From: Acidobacteriaceae bacterium
Lineage (GTDB): Bacteria > Acidobacteriota > Terriglobia > Terriglobales > Acidobacteriaceae
Assembly (NCBI GenBank): GCA_025361625.1
Contig: JANYKL010000017.1
Coordinates: forward strand, 10,033 to 74,032
Direction of reading: 5' to 3'
Length of the DNA: 64,000 nucleotides
Shown: piece after piece, positions 16,552 to 25,600 of the stretch
How the letters are laid out: each line of letters opens with the position of its first letter
How positions within the stretch are numbered: the stretch's first letter is position 1
Notes under the pieces: generated by a model
What the model saw: only the letters and a program-made list of their open reading frames with translations
What the model was told of the DNA's origin: nothing
Databases searched by the model: none
Translations under genes and position numbers: made by a program

Positions 16552-17481
16552 TTAGTTGACCGGCGCTTCCTCTGATCTGATTGACTGCCCCGTCCGTTCA
16601 AGCGCCAAGGCGAAAGCGTCTCTCAGGGTGGCCTTGGTGGTGATGTCGAGCAGATTTATTCCAAGATGAACAATGGTTTGAGCGATTTGAGGACGAATGC
16701 CGCTGATAATGCATTCCGCACCCATCAGGCGGGCGGCAGTAACCGTCTTCAACAGGTGCTGCGCCACCACGGTGTCTACGGTTGGCACCCCAGTAATGTC
16801 GAGGATAGCAACCCTGGAGTTCGTCTCGACAATCGCGCCGAGCAAAGATTCCATTACAACCTGTGTGCGGGCACTGTCGAGAGTTCCGATCAGCGGGAGG
16901 GCAAGAATATTGTGCCAGAGCTTGATCACTGGAGTGGACAGTTCAAGCATCTCTTCCTGCTGCCGTCGAATGATTGCTTCGCGCGTATCGAGCCACAGTT
17001 CCGTGGCATAGAGCCCGAAGCTGTCAAGAAGTTCGGTCGTTTCCCAGATTTGGGAGGCCAGCACCAGCGGATCTTTCTCCGCTTGTCTCAGACGGTGATA
17101 CAGCGGTTTTTTGAAAGAGAAGACAAAGGCAGCAATCTCGATGGCTGTAAAGCCCTGGAGAGCGCGACTCTTCGATACGTCAGCTAGAAGACCGCGGAGG
17201 TCGTCCCATTGCGGGTCGGAGGCTTTGCCCACCACTCCGGATTGCACTCCCTTCCGGAAGGAGGCCAAGAAGTTTGCGCACTGCAGCCGAAGCTCCGGTT
17301 CCGGGGCCATCGCGGTGTTGTGCTTTAACAAACGAGCGTCGTCCACCCACTCTTTGAGGAAGGAATCTTCGTCGGCGGCGAGAACCTCTGCGATAACACT
17401 ACCGGTGCTGAGGGCTTGAACCAAGAATCCTCCTTCCACGCGGTTGCAAAAGTCCGGCAACGTGGCCTGAAAAAGTAACAT
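16552..17481 (-). CDS. rsbR: second RsbR-like stressosome sensor paralog
   Basis: STAS domain nearly identical to the 15505..16392 product (STPVIKLWHNILALPLIGTLDSARTQVVMESLL...ILDITGVPTVDTVVAQHLL). The N-terminal domain is diverged. The true start may be internal. Confidence 0.8.
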   Translation of the reverse strand: MLLFQATLPDFCNRVEGGFLVQALSTGSVIAEVLAADEDSFLKEWVDDARLLKHNTAMAPEPELRLQCANFLASFRKGVQSGVVGKASDPQWDDLRGLLADVSKSRALQGFTAIEIAAFVFSFKKPLYHRLRQAEKDPLVLASQIWETTELLDSFGLYATELWLDTREAIIRRQQEEMLELSTPVIKLWHNILALPLIGTLDSARTQVVMESLLGAIVETNSRVAILDITGVPTVDTVVAQHLLKTVTAARLMGAECIISGIRPQIAQTIVHLGINLLDITTKATLRDAFALALERTGQSIRSEEAPVN

Positions 17482-17538
17482 AATTCAGGATGCGCAATCC
17501 AGCCCTAAGCGCAGCCGAAATCGGTAGCAACGGTCTGT

Positions 17539-18336
17539 TCATTCATCGGCGACGGTATTACGGAGAATACCGATCCCAGCGATGCTGACTTCTATCACAT
17601 CCCCTGCGACTGCGGCACCAACTCCCGAAGGGGTTCCGCTCAGAATAAGGTCGCCCGGCATCAATGTCATGAAGGCGGTGATGTACTGGAGAATGGCTTC
17701 GATCGAGAAGATGAAATCGTTGGTATTGCCATGCTGCTTGAGGGCGCCATTCAAATGCGTCTCAAGCGTTATTCCCGCCCACGGATCGATCTCATCGGTA
17801 ACGATCGGGCCCGCCGGACAGAAGCTGTCATGGCCTTTGCCGCGCGTCCACTGGCTGTCGATTCGCTGCAGATCGCGAGCGGTAAAGTCGTTGACGATTG
17901 TGTACCCGAGAATGTATGGGCGAACATCTTCGCTCGGCGCAAGTTTGTGGCATCGTTTGCCGATTACGATTCCAAGTTCGCCTTCGTAGTCTGTACGCTC
18001 AGAAATTTTCGGGCGCACAATCGTTCCACCAGAGCCAATCAGAGCAGATGGCGGCTTCAGAAAAAGAAGCGGTTCTTTGGGGACTTCATTTCCGAGCTCG
18101 GCCGCATGATCGCGGTAGTTGCGACCGACACAAACGATTTTCGATGGCTTCGCGGGAGCCAGAAGTTCGGCTTCATTGAGTGGGGTAGGAGTGATGGCGC
18201 GACTCGCTCGGCTTTCGCCGTTTGCACTAGACCCCGGGAGCACGGCAAGAAGTCTGGTGATTGACTGTTTGCCAGCGACGGTTTCGACCAGCCCAGCCTC
18301 GGGCTTGCCTTGATACTGAAAGTAACAAAATTTCAT
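17539..18336 (-). CDS. fumarylacetoacetate hydrolase (FAH) family protein
   Basis: KIVCVGRNYRDHAAELGNEVPKEPLLFLKP, YEGELGIVIGK and GDLILSGTPSGVG are typical FAH-fold motifs. Confidence 0.85.
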   Translation of the reverse strand: MKFCYFQYQGKPEAGLVETVAGKQSITRLLAVLPGSSANGESRASRAITPTPLNEAELLAPAKPSKIVCVGRNYRDHAAELGNEVPKEPLLFLKPPSALIGSGGTIVRPKISERTDYEGELGIVIGKRCHKLAPSEDVRPYILGYTIVNDFTARDLQRIDSQWTRGKGHDSFCPAGPIVTDEIDPWAGITLETHLNGALKQHGNTNDFIFSIEAILQYITAFMTLMPGDLILSGTPSGVGAAVAGDVIEVSIAGIGILRNTVADE

Positions 18337-18469
18337 GGGCCCCTATCATATCGCGGTAAAAAATACGGCAGAGTGAGCGGGGCGGCGGAACGTCCATTAA
18401 TGACGCTTCATGCGCCTTGATAACTGGCATGATTGCAACGTGAAGCAATCTACCACGGAGGGCCCTGCG

Positions 18470-19366
18470 TTAAGCAGCCCGGCGTTGCACTTGCGTGTCG
18501 GCCTGGTCCACCTCGCCCCTGTCGGCTGCCTCGATGATCCAATTCAATTCTGCTCCAATCAAGATGGCAAAGCCCGTAATGAAAAGCCACAGAAGCAAAA
18601 TTACGACGGCACCGAGCGATCCATAGGTGGCGCTGTAGGAATTAAAGAAGTGCAAGTAGGCCCGAAATCCCAAGGAGGCGGCGATCCAGATGATCACGCC
18701 GAGCGCGGCTCCTGGAGTCACCCAATGCCATGAGTCTTTAATATTTGGGGCAAAGAAATAAACGACCGAGAATGACAGGAACATGGCAATAAAGGGGAAC
18801 ACCCACTGAGCCACCCGCCATACGTTGGTAAATAAGTCACCGAGCCCCATCTGCGAAGCGATCAATTGCCCAATTTTGCCGCCGTACAACACAAGCGCGA
18901 GAGCAGCGATAATGAACGATGCCAGAGCGACCGTCAAAGCGACCGCGATAAGCTTCTGCTTCCACCATGGGCGCGTTTCTGTGACTTTATGGATAACGTT
19001 CAATGAGACTACGAGCGCGCTCAATCCCGAGGAGGCTGCCCACAGCGCGCCTAACATTCCGGCGCCAACCTTCACGCCACTGCTTGCCTTTGTCGTCTCA
19101 GTAAGTACGCTCTGAATCAAACTTGATGCCGACCCGGGCACCATTTGGCTAAGCGCGCTCAGAATGCCCTGCCGCATTTCAGAATTCGGCCCGGCGAAGA
19201 GCCCCATGAGGGATAAAAGAAAAAGAAACATTGGGAAAAGAGCGAGGATGAAGTAATACGAGAGGGCAGCGGAGCGAGTTACGAGCTCATCTTCGCCTAA
19301 TTTTTTGTATGTACGTTTTCCCAGTTCGACCGCGCCGAGGGCTCCAAACTTCCACAACGAGGGCAT
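18470..19366 (-). CDS. YihY/BrkB family inner-membrane protein
   Basis: SAALSYYFILALFPMFLFLLSL, six predicted TM segments, and the YGSLGAVVILLLWLFITGFAILIGAELN C-terminal signature. Confidence 0.85.
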   Translation of the reverse strand: MPSLWKFGALGAVELGKRTYKKLGEDELVTRSAALSYYFILALFPMFLFLLSLMGLFAGPNSEMRQGILSALSQMVPGSASSLIQSVLTETTKASSGVKVGAGMLGALWAASSGLSALVVSLNVIHKVTETRPWWKQKLIAVALTVALASFIIAALALVLYGGKIGQLIASQMGLGDLFTNVWRVAQWVFPFIAMFLSFSVVYFFAPNIKDSWHWVTPGAALGVIIWIAASLGFRAYLHFFNSYSATYGSLGAVVILLLWLFITGFAILIGAELNWIIEAADRGEVDQADTQVQRRAA

Positions 19367-19395
19367 ACGCGACTCCTTGAACCTAATTGGTTCGC

Positions 19396-19458
19396 TTGCT
19401 TATCGTCTTGCTTAGCTCTTATTGAGTTGCTTTCCCTTGGTTGCTGATCTGTTGCTTA
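19396..19458. repeat. five closely spaced TTGCT(T/G)(A/T) heptamers in the divergent yihY / bamA-like intergenic region
   Basis: TTGCTTA at 19396, 19408 and 19452. TTGCTTT at 19427. TTGCTGA at 19441. Spacings are 12, 19, 14 and 11 nt. Read directly from the sequence. Confidence 0.4.
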
Positions 19459-19640
19459 GCTAGCGATTGACGAAGTCGCGGAACCTGAACGGTAGATGGA
19501 GCGACAGCCGACGCCAATCCGTAGAATCCTGTAGCCAACGCACAAGTTTCCTGACTGCAAACAATAATGGCGGGAGTCGCGCCGCGGCCAAAACAGGCCA
19601 ACGCCGCCCAATCCTGTAGCATCAGAGTTGACTTACACCT

Positions 19641-22600
19641 TTGTGCGGGAGTCCTGACATTTCTTTAAAAATTAGATTTGTAGAGGGACTTTTTTCCGCG
19701 GCCAGGAGGCGTCGCACGATCGCGCGTCCGGCAATCCTTTTAGTGTTCGTCATCGCCGCTTCCGCTTCGGCACAGATGACCACCTTGCGCCCGCAGGCGG
19801 TGTATGACGGACAAAATGTCGACGCTATCGATCTAATTGGAAACCCCCATCGCGATCTCGCCCCGCTACGCGCCGTTCTGGTCCAAAAAGCTCATCAGCC
19901 TTATTCCCAATCGCAGGTGGAAGACTCGATTCGCGCGCTTCAGCGAGCCGGTAATTTCCCCAAGGTGGATGTGGAGGTGGTTCCGAATCCGTCGGGATTG
20001 CGGCTTGATTTTCTCCTCGAGCCGGCCTATTACCTGGGCGTTCTGGATTTTCCAGGAGCGGTCAAGCAATTTTCTTACACGCGCTTGATGGAGGTCGTCG
20101 ATCTGGCGGATGAAGACCCCTACGATCCCGGTCGCCTTCCCCTCTCAGAGAAGGCATTACAAGAATTTTTGAAGACGAACGGATACTTCCGCGCGACGGT
20201 TCAGGCGCACGCCGACATAGACGATGAGCATCAACTGGTCAACATCACCTTTAACGTCGCTCTGGGCAAGCAGGCGCGTATAGCGAACGTCAACATCGAA
20301 GGTCCAGACCAGCCGGAAACAGCCAGCCTGTTGCGCGCGGTTCGATCTCTTCGTGCGCGACTCACTGGAGCGTTGCTCAAACCCGGCAGACCGTACACTG
20401 CCGAGAGATTAAAGGCTGCGACGGCGTTAATTAAACTGCGCTTGTCTAAGCGACGCAGGCTCGCCAGTTCGGTGAAAATGAATCCTCCGCTGTTTCATCC
20501 GGAAAGTAATCGTGTGGACGTTTCTTTCAAAATAGAGCTTGGGCCTATCGTGGATGTTCGGACCGAGGGCGCAAAGCTCTCACCGATTCCCTTTCTGTCA
20601 GATCGCCAGATGAAGAGATTGATCCCCATTTATTCGGAGGGAACGATTGACCGCGATCTGGTGGAAGAAGGGCAACAAAACCTGATCGACTTCTTTCAGA
20701 AAAAGGGGTATTCGGACGCAAAGGTCGATATCGATTTCCAGAAACAAACTGACGAAATTCTTCTGGTTTACAAGATTGATCGTGGGAAAAAACACAAGGT
20801 CGAGGCCATAAGCTTCCACGGCAACCAACAGATTTCCGACGAAGACTTGCTCGCGGAGGTGACCATTAAGCGTTCACATCTTTGGTCGCATGGAACGGTC
20901 AGTCCGAAATTATTGAAGCAGAGCGTTGCGGGCCTGGAAGCAATTTATCGTGACAAGGGATACGAATCGGCGAAAGTAACGGCAAGAGTGGTTCCAGACG
21001 GACAGAAGTTACGGATCAACTTCGATATCGATGAGGGTCCTCCGACTCTGGTCGACAATGTTGAAATTAGCGGCAACATCAGCGTTCCCGCGAATGAACT
21101 TGCGGCGCCTGCCGGCTTTCAACTTCGGCCGGGCGGCCCATACTCACCGCGCCGCCTGTCTGACGATCGGAATCGCATCACCGCCACTTACTTGAATCGG
21201 GGATATTTGAACGCCGATGTGAAGGCGACCATTACGCGCCGCTCCGACGATCGCCACCGGGTCATCGTGTCTTACATCATTGATGAGCGACAACGTGTGA
21301 CCGTGAACAGCGTTCTTTTTCTCGGACAGAAACAGACACGTGTCGACCTGATTGCTAAAACCGCGAGGGTTCCGGTAGCGGCGCCGATGCGCAAGGGTGA
21401 GTTATTGCAAGCGGAGAGCCATCTTTACGACTTGAACATTTTCGATTGGTCGAGCGTTGGTCCGGAGAAACCTATCGCCGAGCAGACCGAAGAGCAAGTG
21501 CTGGCAAAAGTTCATGAAGCGAAGCGAAACGATCTGACCTATGGATTTGGCTTTGAGGTGGCACGGCGCGGGGGCAATGTTCCGTCGGGGACGGTTGCGG
21601 TGCCGGGGCTTCCGCCAGTCGAATTAGGCAAAAACAAGCTGGCGCAAAGCGAGGCTACTTTCGCCAGTCCTTTGGGCTCGATTGAATACACGCGCCGCAA
21701 TATGCGCGGACTGGGCGAGACCGCCAGCGGCACTGTAGTTCTCGCGCGCCTCGACCAACGATTAATTACGACCTACGCACAACCTCGGTTCCTCGGATCG
21801 CAGTGGAGTTCGCTTGCCAGTTTCTCGATCGAAAGAACGAGCGAGAACCCCCTGTTTACGGCCCGGTTGGGCGATCTATCGTTTCAGGTTGAGAAACTTA
21901 TCAGCAAAAAACGCAGCACGCGCTTGCAGTTGCGATACGATTTCAACAAAACGCAGTTATCGCATCTTTTGGTGCCGGAATTGGTTCTTCCACGAGACCG
22001 CAGCGTACGGTTATCGACGGTCTCGGGGACGTTGATTCAAGATACGCGGGACAAACCGCTGGACGCCCACCGCGGGACATTTTCAACTGTCAACCTTGGA
22101 ATCACCCCTACGGCATTCGGGTCGAGCGCAAATTTCACGAAGCTGTTTGCCCAGTATGCTTACTACAAGGAACTGCACGCGGTGGTTTTTGCCAACAGCA
22201 TCCGTCTGGGCCTGGCGTCGCCTTTTGCCGGAAGTTTTGTTCCTACGAGCCAGCGCTTTTACTCTGGCGGCGGAACCTCTCTGCGCGGATTCCCAATCAA
22301 CGAAGCTGGGCCGCAACGCCTGGTACCGTTCTGCGGCGTGCTTTCAAATCAGACTGGATGCGTCAACGTGACGGTTCCGGTCGGCGGCCGTCAGCTCTTT
22401 ATTCTGAACTCCGAGGCGCGCTTTCCGCTCAAGATTATGAAGCCCCTCGGTGGAGTTGTTTTCTATGACGGCGGAAATGTATACAGCGCCATTAACCTGA
22501 AGAACTTTGTGGACAATTACAGCAATACCGTGGGCGTGGGCTTGCGCTATTCCACCCCGATCGGGCCCATTCGCATTGACATTGGGAAAAATCTAAATCC

Positions 22601-22655
22601 TGTACCTGGAATCAAATCGACCCAGTTCTTCATTACCCTGGGCCAAGCCTTTTAG
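19641..22655 (+). CDS. BamA/TamA (Omp85) family outer-membrane protein with an extended POTRA array
   Basis: Repeated POTRA-like units (e.g. ARIANVNIEGP, HKVEAISFHGNQQISDEDL, TLVDNVEISGNISVPANEL, VTVNSVLFLGQKQT). C-terminal Omp85 barrel (RFYSGGGTSLRGF, GGVVFYDGGNVY, VGVGLRYSTPIGPIRIDIG, terminal F). TTG start uncertain. Confidence 0.85.
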   Translation: MCGSPDISLKIRFVEGLFSAARRRRTIARPAILLVFVIAASASAQMTTLRPQAVYDGQNVDAIDLIGNPHRDLAPLRAVLVQKAHQPYSQSQVEDSIRALQRAGNFPKVDVEVVPNPSGLRLDFLLEPAYYLGVLDFPGAVKQFSYTRLMEVVDLADEDPYDPGRLPLSEKALQEFLKTNGYFRATVQAHADIDDEHQLVNITFNVALGKQARIANVNIEGPDQPETASLLRAVRSLRARLTGALLKPGRPYTAERLKAATALIKLRLSKRRRLASSVKMNPPLFHPESNRVDVSFKIELGPIVDVRTEGAKLSPIPFLSDRQMKRLIPIYSEGTIDRDLVEEGQQNLIDFFQKKGYSDAKVDIDFQKQTDEILLVYKIDRGKKHKVEAISFHGNQQISDEDLLAEVTIKRSHLWSHGTVSPKLLKQSVAGLEAIYRDKGYESAKVTARVVPDGQKLRINFDIDEGPPTLVDNVEISGNISVPANELAAPAGFQLRPGGPYSPRRLSDDRNRITATYLNRGYLNADVKATITRRSDDRHRVIVSYIIDERQRVTVNSVLFLGQKQTRVDLIAKTARVPVAAPMRKGELLQAESHLYDLNIFDWSSVGPEKPIAEQTEEQVLAKVHEAKRNDLTYGFGFEVARRGGNVPSGTVAVPGLPPVELGKNKLAQSEATFASPLGSIEYTRRNMRGLGETASGTVVLARLDQRLITTYAQPRFLGSQWSSLASFSIERTSENPLFTARLGDLSFQVEKLISKKRSTRLQLRYDFNKTQLSHLLVPELVLPRDRSVRLSTVSGTLIQDTRDKPLDAHRGTFSTVNLGITPTAFGSSANFTKLFAQYAYYKELHAVVFANSIRLGLASPFAGSFVPTSQRFYSGGGTSLRGFPINEAGPQRLVPFCGVLSNQTGCVNVTVPVGGRQLFILNSEARFPLKIMKPLGGVVFYDGGNVYSAINLKNFVDNYSNTVGVGLRYSTPIGPIRIDIGKNLNPVPGIKSTQFFITLGQAF

Positions 22656-22665
22656 GAGTTTTGCG

Positions 22666-25600
22666 GTGGTCATGAAATGGCGAGAAATTGTTGGTTGGGC
22701 GGTCGCAGGATTGTTGGCGCTCGTCATTCTTGCGGTGCTGGGCGGATATGTTTTCTTGAAATCAAATCGCTTTCAGCAGATGGCAATCCGCCGCGTTACG
22801 CAGGCGACAGACGAGGCGACCGGCGGCAAAAGTGAAATTCGGGCGCTGAATCTCAACTTACGCCCACTACAGGTCCATCTGTTCGACGTGAAAATCCATG
22901 GGACTGAGCCCGTGGGGCAGCCGCCGCTTCTGCAGCTCGACAACCTTACTGTAGGGGTGACCGTTCAATCTCTCTTGCACCGAGAATTCAACTTCAACAA
23001 TGCCGTACTTGGCCATCCTGTCATATACGTGCGAACGAATCATGCAGGCGTAACAAATATTCCGCAATCCCGTGCGGCGAAACCTGCAAATCAACCGCGC
23101 ACCAACATTTTTCAATTAGCCGTGGGGCACTTCCAGATCGTGGACGGGGAATTGAATTACGACGACAAAAAGACTCCGCTCGACGCTGATCTTCGTCATC
23201 TTGACCTGAATGCGCATTTTGATTCGAGCACTCGGAGCTATGACGGAACAATCGCCTACGACGATGGCCATCTAAAATACGCGCAACTCGCTGTTCTTCC
23301 TCACAACCTGCGCGCCAATTTTAAGGCAACGTCAGTTGCCCTCAGGCTCGAACAGGCGAACTTGGCGCTCGGCGGGTCGACGGGAGCGCTGAATCTTAGC
23401 CTCACCAATTACAGCGAGCCGAGCATCGCAGGGGACTACAAGATTCGAGTTCACACCCAGGATTTCGCAGCGCTATCTGGAGGCACCAACCCTGCCGGGG
23501 ACGTCACACTCGTTGGCAAGCTCAGCATTCCGAATCTCAATGCGCCTGCGCTACTCAGCACCATCACCGCAGACGGATTGCTATTGACCGACGCGATTTC
23601 AGCGGTCGCAACAAAAGAGCGCATAGAAGTGCGAAGGTTACGCGGGAACTACCATCTGGCAAATGCATCGCTGCGGGCAACCGGAATCGGCCTTGAAGCT
23701 TTGGAAGGAACGATACAAGCGGACATTGGCGTTCAACACCTTGACGCTACTCCTTCGACGCAGGTGCGCGCAACATTCCGCAACATTTCGCTACATGCGG
23801 CGCAGCGGATTCTCGGGCGCCCCGAGCTCAAGCAGGTCTCGCTCTTAAGCAGGGTCGACGGCACAACCGACCTGTCATGGACGGACAGCATCAACAACCT
23901 TCGGGCAAGTTCCGATCTCAGCCTGCGTACATCAGCCGCGAACATCCAGGCGGGCGTGCAATCCGCCGCTAACGTGCCGGTCGATGGGGTTATACACCTC
24001 GCCTATGACGGGCCCAAAGGGACAATCGATCTGCACGACAGCGTCCTGAATATTCCCGCGACTCGAATTACGGCTCAGGGTGAGGTCAGCAAGCGTTCGA
24101 ATCTACGGGTTCATGCGACAACGAGCGATCTGCAAAAGCTTTCCGCTTTGATCAACGCCTTTCGGCCGGGAGCGATACCTTCGGCGATTTCAGGTTCGGC
24201 GAATCTGGCAGCGACTGTTCACGGGTCAGTGAAGAATCCAGACATAGATGGAGAGATTTCTGCCGAGAATTTTACTGTGCAAGGGAGCCAGTGGCGAAGT
24301 TTGCAAGGCAACTTCGAAGCAACTCCGGATGGAGTGACAATCACGGAAGGATCACTGGTCAATGCCAGGACGGGGCGGGCAACGTTCAACGCCACCCTGG
24401 GATTGCTCGAGTGGTCCTACTTGCCTTCGAACCCGATCAGGGCGACGATGTCGGTGCAGCAAGTCTCCATCACGGATCTGCAACAGCTTTTCAACTCGCA
24501 CTACCCTGTTTCCGGCGATATATCGGCGGGATTCTCGTTCAGCGGGTCGCAGCTTAATCCTCAGGGCTCCGGCACTTTAAAAATAGCGCGCGGGCGCGTC
24601 TACGACGAGCAACTGCAGAATTTCGCGATGAAATTCAGCGCCGACCACGAGACCATTCAAACTTCGTTGGATGTAGCCATTTCTGCCGGCGCGGCGACAG
24701 CCTATTTGTCGTTTTCTCCGGAAACGAAACGCTACAGCATGAACTTCGATATCTCGTCGCTGAGCCTGCAGAGACTGCGTTACGTGCATGATCGAAATTT
24801 GTTGGTTTATGGGTATCTGAGCGCATCCGCTAGCGGTTCAGGAACGATCGACAACCCCCAACTGAACGCCACCGTTCAGTTGCCTAAATTGACCTTGCGA
24901 GACAAATCGGTTTTTGGAGTCAAGGCGCAACTGAAGGTCGCGGACAAGCAGGCAGACTTCAATTTAGATTCTCTGGTGCTCGACGCATCGGTGCAAGCGC
25001 ACGGCAAAGTGAATCTCGAAGGCGGCTACTACACCGAGGCATCGCTCGATACGGCCTCGCTTCCGCTCGACGTTTTGCTCGCGCTCTATCTGCCAAATCT
25101 TCCGGAGGGAGTGAAGGGACAAACGGAATTTCATGCCCGTCTGGCGGGGCCGCTCAAAGATCCATCGCAAATCCGCGCTGACCTTACTATTCCGACTCTC
25201 AGTGCGAGCTACCAGAATTATCAACTTGGGTCGAATGGGCCGATTCGCGTGGAGTATGCAAAGTCGGTCATTACCGTCTTGCCGGCGGAAATTCAGGGAA
25301 CTGATACCTCACTTCGATTTCACGGGACCGTCCCCCTCGGAGGAAATGGGGCACCCTCATTCGAAGCACAAGGCTCGGTAAACATGCGGGCTCTGCAAAT
25401 GCTCTCGGGTGACATTCGAAGTTCGGGCAGCGTCACGGTCGATGTGAAGAGCTCCGGAGGCGCCGACCACCCAAATATAGCTGGCCAAATTCAACTGCAC
25501 GACGTCTCGGCGATTCAGGCGGGAGCGCCGCTTGGAGTAGAGAAACTGAATGGCAGCCTCAACATCGACAACGAGCGCATACAGCTCGAAGCATTAAGCG

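Noticed and set aside
19419-19622. 67-aa minus-strand ORF in the yihY / Omp85 intergenic region
   Set aside because: It has no SD, an odd composition and no motifs. It lies in a divergent promoter region that also contains the heptamer array.
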